DNA from: Gammaproteobacteria bacterium | GTDB lineage: Bacteria > Pseudomonadota > Gammaproteobacteria > Eutrophobiales > Eutrophobiaceae | Reading direction: 5' to 3' | NCBI GenBank assembly: GCA_965222155.1 | Contig: CBDCTH010000012.1 | Location: 1,888,001-1,952,000, forward strand | Length of the DNA stretch: 64,000 nt | Part shown: piece by piece, positions 9,890 through 17,952 of the stretch | Numbering within the stretch: position 1 is the first letter of the stretch | How the letters are laid out: each line of letters starts with the position of its first letter | The notes under the pieces: model-generated | Databases searched by the model: none | Seen by the model: only the letters and a program-made list of their open reading frames with translations | Told to the model about the DNA's origin: nothing | Made by a program: the position numbers and the translations under genes

Positions 9890-10063
9890 GGAACACCTCC
9901 CCTCTGGACTAATTAATTTAAATTTCCGGAATATTCCTGAAACAGATATTAGTATCACCGTATTATAGTATATAAATTAAAGTGTTTGGAAAATTTTGCA
10001 TTTGATTTTATCCGGTTTTTGTGAGTACTCTAAGCAGTCCTGAAAAAGGGAACATAATTCTCT

Positions 10064-10633
10064 ATGAAACGAATTATTATCGGTATGTCCGGGGCCAGCG
10101 GCCTGCCTTACGGTATCCGGCTGGTAGAAGTGCTGGCTGATTTGCCGGATATCGAAACCCACCTGATCATGACCAATGCGGCCAAGCTTAATATCGGTAT
10201 TGAAACGGAACACAGCGTCACCGACATAGAGGCGTTGGCGGACGTGGTCCATAGCGTAAAAGACGTTGCCGCCACCATCTCCAGCGGTTCTTTCAGGACC
10301 GACGGCATGATCGTCGCTCCCTGTTCCATGCGGACACTGTCAGCGATTGCCCACTCCTACGCCGACAACCTGCTGGTGCGAGCTGCCGACGTAGTCCTCA
10401 AGGAACGCCGGCGCCTGGTAATCATGCCCCGTGAAACGCCGTTGCATACGGGACACTGTAAATTATTCTACGATGCATCAGTCCTGGGAGCAATCATCGC
10501 CCCGCCCATCCCGGCGTTTTATAATCGACCCCAAACCATCGATGATATTGTCAACGCCAGTATAGGACGGGTGCTGGACTTGTTTGATATCGAACCCGGC
10601 ATCGTAAAACGCTGGGCGGGCGTGAAAAACTGA
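10064..10633 (+). CDS. ubiX: Flavin prenyltransferase UbiX (BsdB/VdcB-like)
   Basis: IIGMSGASG, ISSGSF, APCSMRTL, RAADVVLKERRRL, PRETP and PAFY. Confidence 0.95.
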   Translation: MKRIIIGMSGASGLPYGIRLVEVLADLPDIETHLIMTNAAKLNIGIETEHSVTDIEALADVVHSVKDVAATISSGSFRTDGMIVAPCSMRTLSAIAHSYADNLLVRAADVVLKERRRLVIMPRETPLHTGHCKLFYDASVLGAIIAPPIPAFYNRPQTIDDIVNASIGRVLDLFDIEPGIVKRWAGVKN

Positions 10634-10709
10634 CACATCGAACGATCTCCTCATACGATTATTCAGGAAAAGCAGGCAGATTTTATGTCCGGAAGAACCA
10701 TCGTATAGC

Positions 10710-12386
10710 ATGTCTGGATGCACAAATTATTTATCAATATCTTCCTTATTGCTATCACTTCTGCTGCTGGCGGGATGTGACAGCGACGGTCAACCTGACC
10801 CACTGAGCCGAAAAGACCCTCGCCCGAACATTTTACTCATTGTCGCGGATGATCTCGGTTATACCGACCTGGGGGTATATGGCGGTGAAATTGATACGCC
10901 ATACCTGGATCAATTAGCCCGCTCCGGGGTGATGTTCACTAATTTTCATGTCGCCGCCGTGTGTTCGCCGACCCGTTCGATGCTGCTGTCCGGCACGGAT
11001 AACCACCTCGCCGGTCTGGGCAATATGTATGAGGCCATGGCGCCAAATCAATCGGGCAAGCCGGGATATGAGGGCTACCTGAACTTCCGGGTTGTATCCC
11101 TGGCAACCCTGCTGCGTGACGCGGGCTATCACACCTATATGACCGGCAAGTGGCACCTGGGCAGGGAGAAGCAGCAGAGTCCGACAGCCCGCGGGTTTGA
11201 AAAGTCCTTTGTGTTGACCCATGGTGGCGGCGGCCACTTTGATGACCTGGGCATAAGCATGGACGACCAGGTCGCAGAGTATCGCAAAAACGGTGAACCG
11301 GTTGAATTACCGAAGGGGTTTTATTCGACGGAGTTCTATACCAGTGAACTTATCCGCTACATCGACGCGGATAAAAATGATGATAAACCGTTCTTTGCCT
11401 ACCTTGCCTACACTGCGCCCCATTGGCCATTACAGGCGCCGGATGCGTCCATTGCCAGACAAAAAGGCGCCTACGACGAAGGATACGACGTGATTCATGA
11501 ACGGCGGATAAAGCAATTAACAGCCAAAGGATTACTCAAGGAAGGGGTACAAATTGCCCCCCGTCTTCCCGGCGAACCGGCCTGGGATGAACTTGATGAA
11601 GATGAGAAGAAGATTGAGGCGCGCAAAATGGAGATTTATGCCGCCATGGTGAAGGATATGGATAGCCATATCGGGCGTTTATTGAAGCGCCTGGAGCAAT
11701 CCGGAGAACTGGATAATACATTCATCTATTTCATGTCGGATAACGGCGCAGAGGGAGCGCCCCTTGATGACTGGCCCGTGTTCGGCGACTGGATGGAGCA
11801 ATGCTGTGATAACAGTTACGAGAACATGGGCAGACCGGATTCTTATGTGTTTTACGGACAAAACTGGGGGCGGGTGAGTACCGGCCCTTTCCGGGCGTAT
11901 AAGGGCTTCACCTCCCAGGGAGGTATCCTGGTCCCCGCAATTGCCAGCTACCCCGGATATGTTGAACAAGGAAAAGTCAATCATGATTTTGTTTCCGTCC
12001 TGGACGTCATACCGACACTGCTGGAACTGGCTGAGACAGATCATCCCGGCACAAACTATCAGGGCAGGCAAATCTATCCGCTGGAAGGGAAGTCAATGAC
12101 GGCCATGTTGAAAGGGAATAGTGACAGGGTGCATGCACAGGATGATTGGATGGCATGGGAAATATTTGAGCGCCGGGCAGTATTACAGAACGAGTGGAAA
12201 ATGCTGATGATGGAGCATCCATGGGGAAACGGTCATTGGCAACTCTACGACTTGAAGGCAGACCCTGCAGAGCAGTTTGATTTAGCCGCGGAATACCCCG
12301 AACTGGTTGAGAGGATGGGCAGTTATTGGGAACAATACCAGTCAGAGGTGGGAATTATTCCAATGCAGGGTGGAACAAGGTTTTAA
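10710..12386 (+). CDS. Arylsulfatase (Cys-type formylglycine sulfatase, AtsA-like), probable lipoprotein
   Basis: Lipobox LLLAGC; PNILLIVADDLG, CSPTRSMLLSG, GKWHLG, APHWPLQ and SDNG. Confidence 0.92.
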   Translation: MSGCTNYLSISSLLLSLLLLAGCDSDGQPDPLSRKDPRPNILLIVADDLGYTDLGVYGGEIDTPYLDQLARSGVMFTNFHVAAVCSPTRSMLLSGTDNHLAGLGNMYEAMAPNQSGKPGYEGYLNFRVVSLATLLRDAGYHTYMTGKWHLGREKQQSPTARGFEKSFVLTHGGGGHFDDLGISMDDQVAEYRKNGEPVELPKGFYSTEFYTSELIRYIDADKNDDKPFFAYLAYTAPHWPLQAPDASIARQKGAYDEGYDVIHERRIKQLTAKGLLKEGVQIAPRLPGEPAWDELDEDEKKIEARKMEIYAAMVKDMDSHIGRLLKRLEQSGELDNTFIYFMSDNGAEGAPLDDWPVFGDWMEQCCDNSYENMGRPDSYVFYGQNWGRVSTGPFRAYKGFTSQGGILVPAIASYPGYVEQGKVNHDFVSVLDVIPTLLELAETDHPGTNYQGRQIYPLEGKSMTAMLKGNSDRVHAQDDWMAWEIFERRAVLQNEWKMLMMEHPWGNGHWQLYDLKADPAEQFDLAAEYPELVERMGSYWEQYQSEVGIIPMQGGTRF

Positions 12387-12407
12387 GTCGAGACAGGCAA
12401 CGATTAT

Positions 12408-12700
12408 TCAGGATGAACGAGCAGGTTTCATGGTTAAAAGCGCTGGTATCATTATTGCGTAACAGGCCAGGATGCAGACGATCGCGTACAGATTCACGCC
12501 GTTCAGTGTGTTCTCTGTAACGAATAATCCGGCAGTAGTCGGTGCGAGAGAACTGCCAATCACCAAAACAACTGCTGCAATGGGCATTATCGTTCGTGTT
12601 GCATCAAGTGCAGCAATGGATGCGTACAGGTAAGGAAGACCCAGCATCCAGGAAATGAAAAACAATGATGCGCCGATTGGATATAACCATATATAGCTGG
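12408..12700 (-). pseudogene. C-terminal fragment of an MFS-type membrane transporter
   Basis: Four hydrophobic helices (WLYPIGASLFFISW...IGSSLAPTTAG...). The N-terminal part is missing. Confidence 0.5.
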
Positions 12701-12856
12701 CCCCTGATAGATCTGCGCGTTGACTGGACAGACAATAATCCATTGGTCGAACTTCGGGACCTGTGGGACCGATATGCCCCGCAGGTGGATGATTATATAT
12801 CACGAGCAAACAACCCCTCGTCAGCGCCAGGTTATGGTGTCCCAGGTGAAGGATAA
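12692..12856 (+). pseudogene. C-terminal fragment of a DUF1028-family protein
   Basis: WPLIDLRVDWTDNNPLVELRDLWDRYAPQVDDYISRANNPSSAPGYGVPGE matches the DUF1028 C-terminus as recalled. It abuts the MFS fragment head-to-head. Confidence 0.6.
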
Positions 12857-12892
12857 CGGCGCCGAGGGAGCGCCCCTTCTGTTGAAGCCAGC

Positions 12893-13327
12893 TCAGCTAC
12901 ACCGCGCGTCGCCGCCCTCATTACAACAAGTCCACCAGCGAAAGTAAGCGCTAGACTCTCCGTCGCCCATACCATGCCTCCACTTTTGATAAGCCGTTGC
13001 ATTATATGTGCCCCCAGGGTCGAGTGTAAAGAGCTCGTCCGAACCTTTATTGACAACGACTCTCACCTTTACGGGGTAACTGCATTGGTTCCTGGCATGA
13101 AGTTCCTTGGGGTACAGGCAGAGATTCGTGCTCGGGTGAGCACAACGTTTGGAGTCAATACGTCCACTGTCATAATTAATAAGTTTAAGCTTATAACAAG
13201 CGGGGGGCGCCCGGAACGAGGACCTGGAACACTCTGCGATACTCGCTGAGGTAAACAGGCACGACACCACAAACGCGCCAGCCAATGTAACCCACCGGAA
13301 GGGGGAGAGTTGAGTTATGTGCATCAT
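12893..13327 (-). CDS. Secreted Cys-rich small protein, possibly tendamistat-like beta-sandwich
   Basis: Signal peptide ending ...FTSASIA; GGAGG RBS upstream; APPAC and NQCSYPVKVRVVVNKGSD...TLDPGG. Confidence 0.6.
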   Translation of the reverse strand: MMHITQLSPFRWVTLAGAFVVSCLFTSASIAECSRSSFRAPPACYKLKLINYDSGRIDSKRCAHPSTNLCLYPKELHARNQCSYPVKVRVVVNKGSDELFTLDPGGTYNATAYQKWRHGMGDGESSAYFRWWTCCNEGGDARCS

Positions 13328-13528
13328 GATTGCCTCCGGTAATGATCTTAGTCATCTTGGATTGTTACAACAGTACCTTTTTGTCAAAACATGGTACTGT
13401 TCTCCTTCGATGCATCCTCTTCAGGAGTCAGTAACTGTGTAAAATGACACTGTTTTTATTATACCTTTTCCTAAGAGGTTTGTAAAGCCCAATGACAACA
13501 GCCCAATGACAACACCCAATGACAACAT

Positions 13529-13734
13529 CAGGGCAAACGCATACTTTTGAATTCAGATGTTTTTGCCCGATTCCGTCATTCTGGCGCAGGCCAGAATCCA
13601 GTGAATAACCCTTCATTACCCTGAGCATGCGCTGTTGTTTGACTGGATGCTGGCATTCGCCAGCATGACGGGCGGCGTTGTCCGGTTGGTTTCCTGTCTT
13701 CTGCAACAGAATCCAAAAGTATGCGGTTGCCCTG
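13529..13734. mobile_element. ISAs1-like MITE (26-bp TIR, 10-bp TSD) carrying a CGTC-type palindrome pair
   Basis: TIRs are CAGGGCAAACGCATACTTTTGAATTC / GAATCCAAAAGTATGCGGTTGCCCTG. TSD ATGACAACAT at 13519-13528 and 13735-13744. Confidence 0.88.
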
Positions 13735-13995
13735 ATGACAACATTGGTGTGTTGACAACATAACTTTGATCTTATATATTTCTGACTGTTTGGAGCCTTT
13801 GGCTGTACGTTTCTCCCGACACTTTCTGGAGGAGAAGCCGAACCCAAAGGCTATTTTATTAATATAGTTGATAACGGACTATTCGGAATGACTGGCCGGG
13901 CGAGCAAACCGTCCCAGCGGAAGAGCGACAGTGGGTTTTCGCTGTACCCAGGAAACCAAACAGGGTACTGATGAACCCTCAGTGCGTTGTGTCAA

Positions 13996-15441
13996 TCAGG
14001 CAAACAGGTTACCGGGGTCAAGCGCCTGTTTGAGCCTGCCGCGCAGTTCGGACATGCCGGCGTTGTCGTAGCCGGCCACCGCCCGATCCAGGTAACCGGT
14101 ACTGATATGGCTCACGCCGAAACCTCGTTTTGCCATGGTGTTTATAAGTGCATCAAGAGCAGCTACCGTCCTGGATTCAGCGGAAGTTTGATACGGTAAA
14201 TAAACCCGCTGGATGATGGAGCGCCAACCGACCGCGTACTCCGTCATATAATCAAATTCACTGCTGCGCACCGCGTTACTGACCAGCTTGTTCATCTTCA
14301 ACACCTGGCGGCCGTCAATTGGGGAGACAAACCCGGCATACAGGTACGCCTGGCCGGACCAGTTCTCCAGATGATTGAACTCCACCGAGGGCCGGCCGCG
14401 CATCATCTTCTCCCTGCCTGCCAATACCGGATTAGCCGCCTGGGTTTTCAAGTCGTGTACCGTGGCGCCTTGAATGCCGGCAAAAGCGCCTCTTACCATG
14501 GGCCATAACACATCGATGTTGGGCGGGGTGTTATACAAGGCGCCATACAAAGTCCACAGGCCCACACCATAATCTGCCGCCAACCGCTCCATATCGATTG
14601 TTTTGCCGTGGGCATAATCTTTCCGTGATGCGTATGGGCTCACGTCCAGTACCGGATTACTGATTACGACCGTATTCGGAATAATCATGTTGACCTTGAA
14701 TGAACGCAATATCTCCACCGCCTGGGCAAGATCACTGTCGCTTTTGAGAGTCACTGCAAACGGCTGGTATGCAGGTGGCGCCGGCATCAGCCATACGCCC
14801 ATTTTGGTCACGATGCCCAGGTTGGATTGCGTAAACAGGCCATCAAGGTAGGGGCCGTAGGCATATTTTGCCAGTTGCCAGGTGTTGCTCTTCGGCATGG
14901 CCCCCATACCCAGCCTCACCAGTTCGCCGTCAGCCAGCATGATCTCCATACCACATTGCATCATTGTGTGGTCTCCGTAGGCGGTATAGCCGAACTCCCG
15001 GGCGCTGATGCTGCCGGCGACCGAGTTCAAGCCGTTCCTGTCGCAATCCACCCACAGGCCGGTCCTGTTTTCCTGCAGGTAGTCATTTAACTGTATATAA
15101 CTCACGCCCGGTTCCACCAGGGCGTAAGCGGCCTTGTTATTTACCTCCACGATTTTATCCATCCGGGATTGATCGATAACCAGGACATCCTTATCCGTTA
15201 CCGTACTGACTATCCCCCCGTTAGCAGCGCTGTTGGGCAGCACCCATAGTGAGACATTGCTTCCGGCAGCAATTGTCAATACCGCCCGCAACTGTTCAAC
15301 GTCCTCAGGCAGGACCACGCCGACAGGTGTCTTGCCCAGCCGTGCATATCCCTCCTTGACGACAGTGGCGGCACCGGACAACACGGCGTCCTTACCCAGT
15401 TCGTTTTTCAGTTCCTTAATTAACTGCCTGGACATATTCAC
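13996..15441 (-). CDS. VAO/PCMH-family FAD-binding oxidoreductase (PchF-like), divergent active site
   Basis: YALVEPGVSY, GYTAYGDH, CGMEIMLADG, GPYLDGLFTQSNLGIVTKMG and KQALDPGNL. Confidence 0.85.
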   Translation of the reverse strand: MNMSRQLIKELKNELGKDAVLSGAATVVKEGYARLGKTPVGVVLPEDVEQLRAVLTIAAGSNVSLWVLPNSAANGGIVSTVTDKDVLVIDQSRMDKIVEVNNKAAYALVEPGVSYIQLNDYLQENRTGLWVDCDRNGLNSVAGSISAREFGYTAYGDHTMMQCGMEIMLADGELVRLGMGAMPKSNTWQLAKYAYGPYLDGLFTQSNLGIVTKMGVWLMPAPPAYQPFAVTLKSDSDLAQAVEILRSFKVNMIIPNTVVISNPVLDVSPYASRKDYAHGKTIDMERLAADYGVGLWTLYGALYNTPPNIDVLWPMVRGAFAGIQGATVHDLKTQAANPVLAGREKMMRGRPSVEFNHLENWSGQAYLYAGFVSPIDGRQVLKMNKLVSNAVRSSEFDYMTEYAVGWRSIIQRVYLPYQTSAESRTVAALDALINTMAKRGFGVSHISTGYLDRAVAGYDNAGMSELRGRLKQALDPGNLFA

Positions 15442-15474
15442 ATCCTGTCTGGATACGGGGTTTGTCTGCCATTG

Positions 15475-15723
15475 TTATAATTCTGATGTTTCATCCACTT
15501 GCGCCGGCGGGATATTGTGTTTGTATTTTTCAGGGTGATCCGGGTCTGCTCGAAACCAGGCTTCCCGCTGCGTATAGTCTATGGATTCATCCGGTTCGCT
15601 ATCGCGCCAGGTGAACGAACAGCGCCGGCAGTGCAAAACGGCCCATACGATTTCATCCCCTTCCCTGCCCTGGTATTCGGTGCGCAGGTGTTCTTCGGCT
15701 GATCGGCAACGGGGGCAGTTCAT
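15475..15723 (-). CDS. Hydroxyarylic acid decarboxylase subunit D (BsdD/VdcD-like Zn ribbon)
   Basis: MNCPRC...WAVLHCRRCSFTWRDSEP...IPP; overlaps the UbiD stop codon. Confidence 0.85.
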   Translation of the reverse strand: MNCPRCRSAEEHLRTEYQGREGDEIVWAVLHCRRCSFTWRDSEPDESIDYTQREAWFRADPDHPEKYKHNIPPAQVDETSEL

Positions 15724-17198
15724 CGGCTTTCCACCTCTTTTTGCAACTGCTGAATATATCTTGCAAGTTCATCAATTTCGGGTCCCCTGGGCGGCGATAC
15801 GATTTTTGCGTCACCACCGATGGGATCCGGCGGCATGAAACTGGTTGCGTCAATGATCAGACGATGTCCCTTGCCTGGGATTTCCGCAGCCGGGTCAATG
15901 TGCACCATTGGCATGTTAGGTATGACGATGATATCGGCGGCGCGGGTGCGCGTGGATAAGGCCCACATCACCTGGTTGAGATCAAAGGGATCGACGTCGT
16001 CGTCCACCATGATAAGATTTTTCAGGTACATCAGGCCGTGGGGTGTCCCCAGGGCGCGCATGGCAACCGATTTGGCAAAACCGGCAAATCGGTTCTTCAC
16101 TGAAATAATCCCAGTCAAACCGTGCTGGTACAAGGCGTTAACCGCAACGACTTCAGGAAAGTTTTCCTTTAACTGAGAGTAAATCGGTGCAGAGGTATTC
16201 AGCCCGATCAAAGTATCATGCTCGGTCCAGCCCTTGCCGATATAAATACTTTCAAAGATGGGATCGGTACGGTGGGATACGGCAGTCACCTGGAACAGGG
16301 GGACTCGACCAATACCACTGTAACTGCCCGGAAATTCTCCGAACGGCCCCTCCAGGCAGCGCTGGTTATTCAATAATTGCGCCTCTATCACCATTTCAGA
16401 GCCGGCGAGGATATCCAGACCATTGCCGGACCGGGTCAGGTCAATGGGGCTGCCCATCATCTGCGAGGCATAGGCAAACTCCGATTCATCGTAATTGACC
16501 GGGGTGGCCGCAAACATGGCCATGGCCGGGTGGTTGCCGATCATCACTGCGATCTTCAGCGGGACATCATCCTGTTCCGCCATGCGTATCTGTTGCGCCA
16601 TGTCATGGGACGGGACAGACAACAAGGTAAACATATCAGGACCCTGCACCTGGATACGGTATATCCCCACGTTCTGTTTGGCAAAATTATCCGGGTCGCG
16701 GGGATCGCGGCTGACGATATTGGCCTTGGCGATATAAAAACCACCATCCAGGGCGTTGATACGATACAACGGCAACAGGTCATACAGGTTGATATCAGCC
16801 TCAAGCCTGTTCTCATGCACCGCTGCATCTTCCGGTTTCACCCTGTTGATCAGCGGTCTGTCGGAGCCCCAACGGCCTGTGAGTTCGTAGAATAGTTCCT
16901 TGATACTGGTCCCTTTCGGCTTGCCCAGCAGGAGGGCTGTATTGGAAAAACTGCCATGTACACCTACCACGAGTCGTTTTCCGGGGTAACCGCGGATCTT
17001 ATCGAACAGGATGGCCGGACCGGACATCGCGTCGCGCCCTGCCGCAACAACAACCTTACGGATATCAGGCTCGGGCATGACCGCTTCCGGCCAGGTAATA
17101 CACTGGCCATGCTCGGATAATAGCTCAAGATAATCCCGTATATTCCGGACCCGTTCCGCTACGGCCCGGGCTTCGGCTGATAAAGTATTAGCCCGCAT
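15720..17198 (-). CDS. UbiD-family prFMN decarboxylase, BsdC/VdcC/ShdC (4-hydroxybenzoate/vanillate) clade
   Basis: DINLYDLLPLYRIN, DGGFY, QNVGIYR, EGPFGEFPGSY, ALGTPHG and VDDDVDPF...VMWALSTR. Confidence 0.92.
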   Translation of the reverse strand: MRANTLSAEARAVAERVRNIRDYLELLSEHGQCITWPEAVMPEPDIRKVVVAAGRDAMSGPAILFDKIRGYPGKRLVVGVHGSFSNTALLLGKPKGTSIKELFYELTGRWGSDRPLINRVKPEDAAVHENRLEADINLYDLLPLYRINALDGGFYIAKANIVSRDPRDPDNFAKQNVGIYRIQVQGPDMFTLLSVPSHDMAQQIRMAEQDDVPLKIAVMIGNHPAMAMFAATPVNYDESEFAYASQMMGSPIDLTRSGNGLDILAGSEMVIEAQLLNNQRCLEGPFGEFPGSYSGIGRVPLFQVTAVSHRTDPIFESIYIGKGWTEHDTLIGLNTSAPIYSQLKENFPEVVAVNALYQHGLTGIISVKNRFAGFAKSVAMRALGTPHGLMYLKNLIMVDDDVDPFDLNQVMWALSTRTRAADIIVIPNMPMVHIDPAAEIPGKGHRLIIDATSFMPPDPIGGDAKIVSPPRGPEIDELARYIQQLQKEVESR

Positions 17199-17351
17199 AT
17201 CTCACCTATGGACGCGAAGATCGCGCCGGATTTGTGCGGCTGGCGGGTGCCTGCGACCGAGAGCATAGTGGTGACTATGGTTGAGGGAGCACGTGCCCGC
17301 CAGCCGCACAAAGACAAGCGAGGGAGCATCCATAGGTGAGATATGCGGGCT
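17190..17351. mobile_element. ERIC-like MITE family B, copy 1 (perfect 23-bp TIR)
   Basis: AGCCCGCATATCTCACCTATGGA / TCCATAGGTGAGATATGCGGGCT. Core GCGGGTGCCTGCGACCGARAGCATAG..CTATGGTTGAGG..CACGTGCCCGC is shared with the copies at 25790 and 27484. Confidence 0.9.
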
Positions 17352-17365
17352 GGTTTCCATATCCA

Positions 17366-17728
17366 TCAGTTTTCTTCTCCAGTAATATAGCCTGCCAGCA
17401 GGTCCAACTGCCTGTCGGTGATTTCAGTGGGACGAAACGGCGGCATCAGTTTGAAACCTTCCCGTACCACCAGCTTTACATACTCGGGATCCAGGTTATC
17501 CCGGTTGAGCAGGGGCGCCTGATCTTCACTCAGCCTTTCCTGCAGGCGCATGGTCCCCGGGTGGCCCGGTCCTTCACCATGACAGGCAATACAATACAGT
17601 TCGAACAATGCCTTGCCATCAGTAATTGCTTCGATTTGCACGACTGCGGGCTCACCTGCTCCTGTAGTTTCACCCTCACCGCAACCTGTCGCTAACAACA
17701 ACATAACTACCACAGATATTTTAGCCAC
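17366..17728 (-). CDS. Monoheme cytochrome c subunit (PchC-like), lipoprotein
   Basis: CIACH heme motif, GHPGT and MPPFRPTEI; lipobox LLATGC. The probable start is GTG 17728. Confidence 0.88.
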   Translation of the reverse strand: MAKISVVVMLLLATGCGEGETTGAGEPAVVQIEAITDGKALFELYCIACHGEGPGHPGTMRLQERLSEDQAPLLNRDNLDPEYVKLVVREGFKLMPPFRPTEITDRQLDLLAGYITGEEN

Positions 17729-17947
17729 AGAGAACACAGAGTGGATCGAGACTCTTGTTAATACACAGGTAGCTTGCATATTTATCATTTTATCTTATTC
17801 GCTCGACCCGTCATTCCGGCGAATGCCGGAATCCAGTGAACCAATCATCCTTATAATATAAGGATTTAATTTTTCGACTGGATTCCTGCTTGCGCAGGAA
17901 TGACGAGTACGCTGATAACTTTATACTTTCTCTGTATCCTCTGTGGC
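17724..17947. repeat. GCCACAGAG-ended palindromic element (family C) with a nested CGTCATTCC palindrome pair (~17809-17905)
   Basis: Ends are GCCACAGAGAACACAGAG / CTCTGTATCCTCTGTGGC. Internal homology to 36467-36579. Confidence 0.8.
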
Positions 17948-17952
17948 TTTAA

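Noticed and set aside
13428-13847. 139-aa ORF
   Set aside because: It spans the ISAs1-like MITE and shows no recognisable domain.
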